This document shows, piece by piece, positions 45,694 through 58,639 of a stretch of DNA of 64,000 nt (positions within the stretch are counted from its first letter, which is position 1; each line of letters begins with the position of its first letter). Position numbers and translations under genes: made by a program. The notes beneath the pieces were generated by a model. The model saw only the letters and a list, made by a program, of their open reading frames with translations, ran no database searches and was not told the DNA's origin. The DNA comes from the human T2T-CHM13v2.0 reference genome, Homo sapiens: the NCBI RefSeq assembly GCF_009914755.1, contig NC_060933.1; one strand, given 5' to 3'.

Positions 45694-46434
45694 ATCTCAT
45701 TTTCTCTATTTTATCTTTTTGGAACTCTAATTGTACAATTATTAGACATTTTTCAATCTATCTCCCTTGTCTTTAAACATATCATTCCCAATGCTTTTTC
45801 TGTCTGTGAATTAGTAAGTATAATTTATTCAGATCTTGCTCATAGTTTACCAATTCTTCTTTGTTTCATTATAACCTGGTATTTAGATTATGTATTTATT
45901 ATTATCTATTTATAACTGAAATTCTATTTATTTACTTTCTCACATCCTTTTCTCATTTTTGACAAATTCTAATTCCTCATATTTGGCTGATCATAATTTT
46001 GTTTTACTACTAAATGGATGATGATAAGAATGCCCTAAGTTCCAGAAGGATTTGTGTTTCTTTTTGACAAGACCCGGGGTGTTATCAACCTAGAAGTGCA
46101 TTCAATTTATTACATTGGCTTCAGAGTTCCAGGACTTTTCAGACATAGGAATGAACCCTCTACCTCCCAACCTTCTTGATGGGAAGCTTAGAATTTCAAA
46201 ATTCTTAAGGGAGTATTATTCTTCACTGAGTAAAGGCTTAATACAGACAAGTTACAAATTACATTTGCTCACACTCTAGTCAGGGTTAGGTGCATGCTGG
46301 TAGCAGAGATGTGAAGGTGGCATTTTTTCCACAGCCTCTGTATCTCTAAGAAGACTGTGTCAACCCTTTTTCACCCAGGCCAGAGAGGAAAGGCAGTTCT
46401 TGCAGTTGGTCTAATATTAAATAATATATATAAA

Positions 46435-46520
46435 TATTATTTATATTTATATATTATATTTATATATTATTTATATTTATATATTATATTTATATATTAT
46501 TTATATTTATATATTATATT
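46435..46520 (+). repeat. Pure-AT 30-bp minisatellite, ~2.8 copies
   Basis: Unit ttatatttatatattatatttatatattat. Confidence 0.9.
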
Positions 46521-47730
46521 AGGTTATAATATAAATATTATTTAATATCAGTTAGTTTATTTTAGGGTCTATAGGGTTCATAAACTTCAGGAAGCATTCT
46601 GTTGGTGGATGGAAAATCTCTCTTTACAAGTGTCTTTTTCTTCATGATTCTTAGGCTTTATAAAGGAGACCCAGTGATATTAAGACTCTTGCTTGGGAAG
46701 TAAACTGGCGCTTCTTAAATTATTTGTGGTGACGAATTTATTTTTATTATTTATCAATTCTCTTCTTCCATTTTGTTTAAATTTATACTTCAGCTTTTTC
46801 TTCTTTCTCTTGGCTCATAAAGTATTGACAATGATTGTTTATCTTTCTGTCCATCCCTGATACAAGCATTGAGAACTTTAAGTATGGCATTGGCAGCATC
46901 CCAGATTGAGATGTGGCACTTTCATGATTTTATTCTTTAGATAGTCTATTGAATCCTAAGTTATCTTCCTTAACAGTAGTATATTTAAAGAAGAATTCAC
47001 TCTGCTGAACGTGATAAGAAACAGAACTCAGAAAGAGGGACACCTAGAGGATGAAAACAGAAGATACAATTTCAGTTGCTGATAATGTGATATTATGCCC
47101 AAATTATTCAAATAAAAAATTCTTAGAATTAGTTGAATTGAATGACTAAAAAAATAAACATTTGCAAATTGATTTCATTCGTCTATACCAACAATTAGAA
47201 GATAAAAAGGCGGGGAGGGACCAAGATGGCCTATTAGAAGCAGTTGTGGTCTGCAGCTCTCACAAAATGGCAAGAAAATTCTGCACCTTCAACTGAGGTA
47301 TCCAGATTCTCACATGAGAGCCTTGGGTATGAAGCACAGAGTTGTGCAGAGTCTCAGCAGAGTGGCTGCTCCCTCACTTTGGCACGCAGGGAAACTCAGG
47401 GGTTTTGCATACTCTAGCCCTAGGAATTCCAGCAAAGAATCCTGTGCATTCCCCTAGGAATGGGGCTGAATCCAGTGAGCCCAGTGACATTGTTCTGCAG
47501 GCCCCATTCCCATGTCACCTCACAAGTTAAGAAGCACTGGCTTGGAATTCCAGCTGGCCAGCAGCAGTAGGCTGGAAAGGGCCTGAGACCACGGAGTTTT
47601 CTGGGGGAGGGGCAGCTGCCATATCTGTGGTTCCAGTCTGATGCTCTAGCCTGCTGGCACCGGGACCAGAAGAAATTGCCCACAATGCAGCACAGCTGTT
47701 GTTCCTGAACATGACCCATCTGCTTCTTCT

Positions 47731-48618
<888 letters not shown>

Positions 48619-49071
48619 CCAGTCTGCTTCTTTAAGTGGGACCTGCATCCATCCCTCCCCACTGGGCAGGGCCTCCTTGCCAAATTTCAGCAACTCTAGC
48701 CAGGGTTATATGAACTGAACTCTGATTTCTCCCTGGGATGGAGTCCCTTGTGGGAGGGGCAGCCAGCTGTCTCTGTGGTTCAGCCAACTTATTTTTTCCA
48801 GGTTGCTGGCTCTGGAGAGGCCAGGTGGTCAGCGCAGCATACTTGATCTGCCAAGGGGCAAATGGACTGCTTCCTTAAGCAAGTTACTGATCCCATTTCT
48901 CCTCTCTGGGTGAGACCTCTCAACAGGGGTCTGCAGACACCTCCTACAGGAGCCTTCAGACAAACAGCGGACCTCTCAGTGGAAACCCTACAAGCCAGAA
49001 GAGATTCAACATTCTTAAAGAAATGAATTTCAAACCCAGAATTTCATATCTGGCCAAACTAAGTTTGATAA

Positions 49072-49486
49072 TGTTGGGGTGATCAGACCCAACACCGGGT
49101 CATGGGGGCGACGAAGTCCGGTGGAGTCAAAGGATTGAGAAAAAGACAGTTTGAGAAGTAAAGTGGGACCAGGGGGCCATCGCGATTGTGGAGGCTGCAA
49201 AGGCCCTGAGCTCCGGGAGCCCATGCTATTTATTGGTAATCCAACAAAGAAACAAGTGGTGAGAATGTGGGGGTCAAAAGGGCAGGCACATGATCTACAG
49301 CTGTGATGGTTTAGCATTTATAAGGAACATGTTCTGCTACTTGAGATAATGGGAATACAATCAATCTAGGAGCCTAGGAGGCTAGAAGCAAGGAGCCAGC
49401 AAGTCTAGACACATTCCCGAGGACATTATGTCAGACATGCCCACCCTGCCTCAGTTTTTTTCCCAACACTCAGCTTTTTCCCAACA
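49072..49486 (-). mobile_element. Solo LTR, HERV-K class (LTR14A/B-like)
   Basis: TGTTGGG...CCCAACA termini, minus-strand TATAAAT (~49320) and AATAAA (~49231), near-TSD gataa/gatga, interrupts L1 ORF1. Confidence 0.8.
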
Positions 49487-51362
49487 GATGAGCAAAGGAG
49501 AAATAAGATTATTTTCAGACAAGCAAATCCCTAGGGAATCCATCACCACCAGGCCTGCCTTGCAAGAGCTCCTGAAGGAAGCACAAAATATGGAAAGTAA
49601 AGACCATTACCAACCACTACAAAAACACACTGAAGTACAGACACCAGTGACACTATGAAGCAACCACATAAACAAGATTGCAAAATAACCAGCAAGCATC
49701 ATGACAAGAGAATCAAATTCACATATAACAATATTAACTTTAAATGTAAATGGGCTAAATGCCCCAATTAAAGGACACAGAATGGCAAGCTGGATAAAGA
49801 GTCAAGACCCATCACTATGCTGTCTTCAAGAGACTCATCTCATGTGCAAAGACACACATAGACTCAAAATAAAGTGATGGAGGAAAATTTACCAAGCAAA
49901 TGGAAATCAGAAAAAAGCAGGGGTCACAATCCTAGTTTCTGGGAAGACAGACTTTAAACCAACAAAGATGAAAAAAGACAAAGAAGGACATACATAATGG
50001 TAAAGGGTTCAATTCAACAAGAAGAGCTAATTATTCTAAAGATATATACACACAATACAGGAGCACCCAGATTCATAAAACAAGTTCATAGAGACACTCA
50101 AAGAGACTTAGAATCCCACACAATAATAGTAGAAGACTTTAACACCCCATTAACAATATTAGACAGATTATTGAGACAGAAAATTAACAAAGATATTCAG
50201 GACTTAAACTCAGCTCTGGATCACAAGGATCTGATAAATATCTACAGAATTTTCCGCCCAAAACCAACAGAATATACGTTCTTCTCATTACCACATGTTA
50301 TTTACTCTAAAATTGATCACATAATCAGAAGTAAAACCCTCCTCAGCAAGTGCAAAAGAACTGAAACCATACCAGTCTCCCAGACCACAGCACAATCAAA
50401 TAAGAACTCAAGATTAAGAAATTCAGTCAAAACCATACAATTTCATGGAAATTGAACGTCTGCTCTTGAATAACTTTTGGGTAAATAATTAAATTAAGCC
50501 AGAAATCAAGAGTTTCTTTGAAAGTAGTGAGAACAAAGGCACAACATACCAGAATCTCTGGGACACAGCTAACGTGTGTAAGAGCGAAATTTATAGCACT
50601 AAATGCCCACATCACAAAGCTTGAAAGATCTCAAGTTGACACCATATCATTACAACTAAAAGAGCTAGAGAACCAAGAGCAAACAAATGCCAAAGGTAGC
50701 AGAAGACAAGAATTAATGAAGATCAGAGTGGGACTGAAGGAGACAGAGACACAAAAACCCATCAAAAAATCAATGGATTCAGAAGGTGGTTTTGTGAAAA
50801 AAGTAATAAAATAGATAGACCACTAGCTAGACGAATAAAGAAGAAAAAAGTTTCAAATAAACACAATCAGAAATGATAAGGGGGATATTACCACTGACAC
50901 CACAGAAATACAACCAACCATCAGAGAATACTTTAAACATCTCTATTCACATAAACTAGAAAATCTAGAAGAAATGGATAAATTCCCGGACACATACACC
51001 TTCCAAGACTGAACAAGGAAGAAATTGAATCCCTGACTAGACCAATAACAAGTTCTCAAATATATAGCCTACCACCAGCACCACCACCACCAACAAAAAG
51101 CCCAGGACCAGACGGATTCAAAGTTGAATTTTACCACGTGTGAAAAGAAGAGCTCATATCATTTTTACTGAAACTATTCCAAACAATTGAAAAGGAGGGA
51201 CTCCTCCCTAACTCATTTTATGAGGCCAGCATTATCCTGATACCAAAACCTGGCACAGATACAGCACAAAATGAAAACTTCAGGCCAATATCCCTGATGA
51301 ACATTAGTGCAAAAATCCTCACGAAAATACTGGCAACCAACTGAATACAGCAGCACATCAAA

Positions 51363-51476
51363 AAGTTTATGGGGATAAACTTGGCTTCAACCCTGGAATA
51401 AACTTTATGGGGATCAAGTTGGCTTCAACCCTGGAATTAACTTTATGGGGATCAAGTTGGCTTCAACCCTGGAATG
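51363..51476 (+). repeat. 38-bp tandem triplication within the L1 RT region
   Basis: Unit aactttatggggatcaagttggcttcaaccctggaat(a/t/g) at 51363, 51401 and 51439. Confidence 0.95.
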
Positions 51477-54400
51477 CAAGATTGGTTAAACATACACAAA
51501 TCAATAAATGTGATTTATCACATAAGCAGAATGAAAGACAAAAACCACATGATTATCTCAATACACTTAGAAAAAGTTTTTGACAAAATTCAACACCATT
51601 TCATATTAAAAACTCTCAATAAACCAGCTACTGAAGAAACATACCTCAAAATGATAAGAGCCATCTATGACAAACCCACAGCCAATATCATACTGAACTG
51701 GCAAAAACTGGAAGCATTCTCCTTGAAAACTGGCACAAAACAAGAATGCGCTCTCTCACACTCCTATTCAACAAAATATGATAAGTTTTGGCCAGGCCAT
51801 AGGCAAGAGAAAGAAATAAAGGGTATTCAAATAGGAAGAAAGGAAGTCAAATTATCTTTGTTTGCAGATGACATGATCCTATATCAAGAAAACCCCATAG
51901 TCTTAGCCCAAAAGCTTCATAAGCTGATAAGCAACTTCAGCAGTCTCAGAATACAAAAATCAATGTACAAAATTTGCTAGCATTCCTTATACACTAACAA
52001 TAGACAAGGAGAGAGCCCAATCTTGAATGAACTACCATTCACAATTGCTGCAAAGAGAATAAAATACCTGAGAATAGAGCTAACAATGGAAATGAAGGAC
52101 CCCTTCAAGAACTACAAACCACCCCTCCAAGAAATCAGAGAGGACACCAACAAATGGAAAAAACATTCCATGCTCATGGATAGGGAGAATCAATATCATG
52201 AAAGTAGTCATACTGCTCAAAGTAATTTACAGATTCAATGCTATTCCCATTAAACTAACATTGATATTCTTCACAGAATTAGATGAAACTATTTTAAAAT
52301 TCTTATTGAACCCAGAAAGAGCCTGCATATCCACAACAATTCTAAGCAAAAAGAACAAAGCTTGGTGCATCATGCTACCCAACTTCAAACTATACTACAA
52401 AGCTACAGTAACCAAGGTGATATGGTACTGGTGCAAAAACAGACACATAGACCAATGGAACAGATTAGAGAACTCAGAAATAAGACTGCACACCTACAGC
52501 CATGTGATCTTTGACAAAGCTGACAAAAACAGGCAATGGGGAAAGGATTTCCTATTTAGTAAATGGTGCTGTGATAACTGTCTAGCCATATGCAGAAAAT
52601 TAAAACTGGACCCCTTACTTACACCTTATACAACAATGAACTCAAGATGGTCAAGATGGATTAAAGACTTAAATGTAAAACCCCAAACTATAAAAACCCT
52701 AGAAGAAAGTCTAGGCAATACCATTCAGGACACAGGAATGGGCAAAGATTTCATGATGAAAATGCCAAAAGCAATAGCAACAAAAGCAAAAATTGACAAA
52801 TGGGATATAATTAAACAGCCTCTGCACAGCAAAATGAACTATCACCAGAGTGAACAGACAACCTACAGAATGGGAAAAAATGTGCAATATATCCATCTGA
52901 CAAAGGTCTAATATCCAGAGTCTACAAGGAACTTAAACAAATTTAGAAGGAAAAAAAGAAATGACCCCATTAAAAAGTGGGCAGAGGACATGAACAGACA
53001 CTTCTGAAAAGAAGACATTCATGTGGCCAACAAACATATGAAAAAAAGCTCAACATCGCTGATCACTAGAAAAATGCAAATCAAAACCACAGTGAGTTAC
53101 CATCTCGTGCCAGTCAAAATGGCACTTATTAAAAAGTCAAGAAACAACAAATGCTGGTGAGGTTGTGGAGAAAAAGAAATGTTTTTATACTGGGAATATA
53201 AATTAGTTCAACCATGGTGGAATACAGTGTGGTGATTCCTCGAAGACCTAGAGGTATATTCCTTTGGTATATACCCAGTAATGGGATTGCTGGGTCAAAT
53301 ATCTTTTGACACATAGACCAATGGAATAGACACATAGACTATTGACCGAATACCATTAAACTCAGCAATCCCCATTACTGGGTAGATACCCAAAGGAATA
53401 TAAATCATTCTATTATAAAGATACATGCAAGAGTATGTTCATTGCAGCACTATTCACAATAGCAAAGATGTGAAATCAACCCAAATGCCCATCAATTATA
53501 GGCTTGATAAAATGTGGTACATATATACCATGGAATACTCTGCAGCCATAAAAAGGAATGAGATCATGTCCTTGGCAGGGACATGGATGGTACTGGAAGC
53601 CATTATCCTCAGCAAACTAACACAGGAACCAAAAATTGAACACTGCATGTTCTCACTTATAACTGGGAGTTGATTGATGAGAACACATGGACACGTAGGG
53701 GAGAACAACACACATTGGGGTCTTTTGGAGGATGGAGGGTGGGATAGAAGAATAGCTAACGGAAGCTGGGCTTAATACCTAGGTCATGGGTTGATCTGTG
53801 CAGCAAACCATGATGATACACGTTTTCCTATGTAACAAACCTACACATCCTGCATGTGTACCTTGGGACATAAAATAAAAGTTGAAAAGAAAAAAAAAGA
53901 AAAGAAAAGGGCATGGAAAGATCCCCAAACACAATAGCAACTGTGAAAATAAAGCAGCCCAGAAATTAGCTTAACAATACATGTATGGAAACTATATGAA
54001 AAACTATAAAATTTTACTGTGAGTTATAAATAAATGAATACAAGAAATACAGACATATCATGCTCATGATTGAGATTACTCTGTGTTATTAGGATATGTT
54101 TCTTTTCAAAGGAAAGATGATATATTTATTTAAAGTAATGTCAATCAAAATCTCAATGGACCTCTTTTAGGAGATGTGCCCAAATTATTTTGAAGCTTAT
54201 CTGGAAAAATAAGTAGAGATAATTCCTGCCTGTCCTCCTGGGGAGATGCAGGACTGGGCTGGGTAAGGAGGCTGTAGATGGCAGTAAGGTAAGTACACAG
54301 GCTCGTGGCAGAGGATGGGCCACCACTGGAGTCTTGTAGTCTCTGAGTTTTCAAAGTGGTCCAGGGAAACTTCTGACAACACTTGGGCATTTCCCACTGA

Positions 54401-55947
54401 GGTGGATGAGTATATTTCAGTCATTCAACAAATACTCTTTAAGCATTAAGCATGATTCTAGGAAGTGGAGATGGAACAGTGAACAAAACAAAGTCCCACC
54501 CTGGGACTATTTGTTCTATTGGGACTGGTTCTATTTGGGAAGGAAGACAATAAACTTGAATTTTGTCGACTAATTCTTAATACTTATAAGGGAAACCTAG
54601 AGACAGCTATCAAGACCCTAATGTAGTAAACTAGTGCTTTATAAACTGTTGGTCATGAAGGCCTAATTGTTTTACTTTCTAATACAGGCACACAGATATT
54701 TTTGAACATATGAAATCTTTTGCTTGGATGATGTGGCAATATTAAAGTTTCTACACACAGTCAATTTTGGTTCTTATCTCATTGCTGACTGCTAATTAAC
54801 AATTTGTGATTGGTAGGTCCTTGGACTACACTTTAGGTAACACTGAAATAAATAATCTCAGGGACAATCTCAGCAATGGGATATAGTGCTACAGACAAGC
54901 TACTTTTGAAAGGGAGTTGGCTCTGGGAATCAATTTTCCTTCATTCTATTGGCACTTCATCATTGCTCTCCTCCATTCATACAAGAGCACTCCAATTTTT
55001 AAAAGTTTCAGCCTTTCTACTCTTAAACATTTCAGCCTTTCTCTCTTAAAAATTGGTCTCTATGGCAGCAGAATAAGGGGAACCAGCAGTGGCAAGTTAG
55101 TCTTGCAGAAGAGAAGGAGTTCAGACTTCAGACTTGACCATTCTTTGTCAAACCTTGAAGCTCTGCCCACTAGCTCTGTGCTAATGGATGCTTTGGGAAG
55201 ACTTCATTCCATGGGAAATGGAGTTTACTGGAACAGAATATGGATAATCTTCTAAAAGAAAGAAAGAGACAAAAGCAGGGATGATCACAGAGTGTTTCCT
55301 GTCTCTATACACTGAGACATATTGGGAATTTCAGTTTCTGAAGATCCAAGAAATAATAAAAGGCCTAATTTCCCATCTTAATTTCAGGTTCAGTTTTTTC
55401 CTAATTCCCAGGTCTCTCAGGCTCTCAGGCATGCACAGGGCCTCGTTCAAGTTATGTCAGAAGAAATCGCTATTCACTTCAAAGAAAGTTCAAACTTCTC
55501 TAAGCATTAGTTTTTCTGATCGTAGATATAAATAATTGTCTACACCTTTTACAGCTGTTTAGAGTTTTAGAACTAATGCTTATAGATCCTCTTAGCACAG
55601 GTTCAGTGATATTCTAAGTGCTCCCTTAATGTTAGTTTTTACCTTGGAAGGGAAAGTTGGATAGGTGGTTACTTGTTTGTATGTATGGTTTACTTCTATG
55701 TCCAGGCTTCCATGTATACATTCAGAAAATACTTCCTTGATTCTTTTTCGCTATTTGTTTTTTACACAAAAACGAAGAGGCACGCTGGTATATGATTATT
55801 ACTATGGGTTTAGTTAACACACTTTGAATTAGATGTTGTGGACCCCACATTTCTTTTTTTTTAGTGACTTGCACTCAGAGAGTTTGGTTAGAAAGTCACT
55901 TTGGTCTTGAGGGAGATAAACAACACATCCCCAAAGGGCAACCTGGA

Positions 55948-55988
55948 GTTGCCCTTTGATGTGATAGTTGCCCTTTGATGTGATAGTT
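55948..55988 (+). repeat. Perfect 19-bp tandem duplication containing TCF/LEF motifs
   Basis: gttgccctttgatgtgata x2. Confidence 0.95.
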
Positions 55989-57410
55989 AACCACATCAGT
56001 TAGTGAAGTGAGTGAGGGGAGGGGTAGTTTGATGAGCTAGCTCCCGCAAGGAGACAAGGTATCCCCCCACATTAACCTCATGCTTTGTGTCCCAAATCAG
56101 GACAACTTTGACTCATTTCAGTCTTTATTCCTAGGCAGAAGCAAGTCTTAGTCCATGCCAGTTTATCCCTTGATCTGAAAATAGTCTCTGGCTGTCAGAC
56201 ACAACTATGTCTGAAATTAAGATTAAGCCCTATGAGTCTTCAGTGAACAAAATGGAAATAAATGCTGAAAATCCCCCTACCTATCTTGAAAGCATACCCT
56301 GGAGTGAGAGGTTGTTTTCTCAATTAAAATTTATCTTTTCAGGTGTTTTGTAGAAGTCTAAAGACTCAGTCAGTGGGCATGAGTCATCTGGCTGTGGTAA
56401 GATTAGAAATTCCTAACACATGATATAGGAGGCCAGTGCTCCAGGAGGCAGAGAAAATGAAGGAAAACAGCTTTCTACAGCTCTTACCCCCACAACCCCC
56501 ATCTCTCTGTAACTTAATTTTTCTTCTCAAGTTTCGAACAAGTACAGATAGAACAACTTGTTTTCTAATCTTTTTCTCTTTTTCTCATTCCTCTTCTTTC
56601 TTTATTCTTCTTTTCCCCCCTCTTTTTGTTTCCTTTTCCTGACTCTTGAAAACCATGGCAAGTGCTTATTATTTCAGTTGAATATGTTAAAAATTGTTAT
56701 CAAGAAGTTGATTTTTTGTGTATAAAAATGGTGAACTAAGATACTGTTAAAAGAGTGGAATAAATGAAGAGGAGAGACAGAAGAACCAAAGATGGGAAAA
56801 GGACTGGAAAAGAAAAAGAGACTAAAAGGAAGGTAAGGGGCGAGGAGGAAATGGGCCTCTGAGCCTGTAGAGACCAATGGGGACTACGGAAGTCTGAGTT
56901 TATTTAAAAGACTAACTGGGGAACATACTTTGCTAAGTTGTGCTTTTTCACTAGCTAATATCATAACTAAAAAACCAAAGGTATTGCAGCTTCTATTTCA
57001 GGAAATCGCAATCCAACTATTCAATTTTTTTTTCAGCTGTTTTGATGTTAAAAGATAGGCCAGAGCACAGGTTTTGTGCATTTGAAATTGCTAAGTAGCT
57101 GGCCCCACGGGTTATTCACTCACAGTGCTCTTCAGGTGACTGGTCAGTGTTGGTGAGGATAATGTTTCCATTGCTCCTTCAGTCTCTTTGGCCTGCTTTC
57201 CTGAAGGAGAGTAATACAAATCCTAATTAAAATGAAAATGAGAAGTTACTAAAATGCCCTTTCCTTTACAGAACTCTATTTCATTTACAGAGGTCGGATG
57301 TTCGTGTTTAACTACCAAATCCCTCTATCTCACTTAGAGCTCAGGAGTCAAATAATCTAGACAAATAAGTCAATGTAGTTCCTAAAAGTGCCGAAGTACT
57401 TTTCTGCCAT

Positions 57411-57412
<2 letters not shown>

Positions 57413-57447
<35 letters not shown>
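57413..57447 (+). repeat. Poly(T) run, ~35 nt
   Basis: Direct observation. Confidence 0.95.
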
Positions 57448-57452
<5 letters not shown>

Positions 57453-57989
57453 GAGGACATCTAGCGGCGGTTTAGTGGCTGTGTTCTTCAAAGGCAAACT
57501 GGAAGAAACTTCAGGACATAGTAGCAATGGCAGAACCTATTTTTCTGAACACCTTCACACTTACAGTGATTTATCTTAAGCCTGAAGACAAAACTGCTGT
57601 GGTCCTGGAGGATAAACAGGCTCATTCCAGAATCTGCAGCTAAATCCTCACTTCCTTCTTTCACTGTTATCAGACAAAATTCCCTTGGCCTAATTGTTTT
57701 ATGGGTAGTTTTTAATGAGCTCGTTGTTTATTGACACAAATAGATCTCCTTTTAAAGACTACAGAATGGCCACAATCATGTCATTTCATCAACTAATTAA
57801 CAGATATTGATAGCCTGCTTTGGGTGGATATTTTGAGGGTCATACTAAGATAAGACAAAGGTTTACATGAAAGGGAACTTTTGACCTCTTTATTCTGTTT
57901 GGGCTTGAATTTTATTGGGTAGCATCTTCATCGGTGGAAAGAGGGCAGGTCTTTTTCAAATGCTGGTGGTGAAAGACTTCAGTTCTGTC

Positions 57990-58140
57990 CTCAGAGACGA
58001 GGGCCTAATAATCTGAGTTTTCCTTTCCTCATTTGTAAATGAAGGTGATTATACTTAGTTCATAAGGTGGTTGTGATGATGATATGAAACCTGAAGACAA
58101 CTCACATAGTGTCTAGTATCTGGAAGACACTAAAAAATTT
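57990..58140 (+). mobile_element. MIR fragment
   Basis: 'tttcctcatttgtaaatgaaggtgattatacttagttcataaggtggttgtgatgat'. Confidence 0.65.
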
Positions 58141-58639
58141 TTAAAACCCCTTGTCTACTCCCCTCACTTCACCCCATGCCTTCGACATGGCCCTTGCTGT
58201 AGTGGTCTTCTGGGCAAAAGTGTTCACTGCCTCACCCAGAGCCCTGCAAATGCCACTCTGATCCATCTTCATCTGAGTCTTTGGAGCAAACCACATCTCA
58301 CAGCTTTGTAATTCTGATCTACTGACTTGCCCTGGATCTTTCATACAAACCTGTTCTATAAGATCAAGGTAAATCACACAAAATAACTTGTTAGGCAGAG
58401 TTTCTGATAGTTATGATAAGCAGCATCAAAACTGGCTATTTTAGCAGTAAATTCCCTGATAATCATGGGTTCAAGAAGTGACATGTTCAGCTTGTTGACA
58501 TGGGAGCTGTTGATATCTATATTTTTCATTTAATGTAAATTTAGACAAGGTGATTTCTAAGATCCTCACTGCATGTAACAAAGTTCAAACATTTTAATTC
58601 AGTCTCAAAGAGCCACTCTAGTCTACTCACTTCTTTAGA

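Noticed and set aside
51363-51476. CRISPR-like 38-bp repeats
   Set aside because: Head-to-tail with no spacers, L1-derived, eukaryotic context, no cas genes
57413-57447. Poly(T) as the tail of a retrocopy
   Set aside because: No recognisable element body or TSD adjacent
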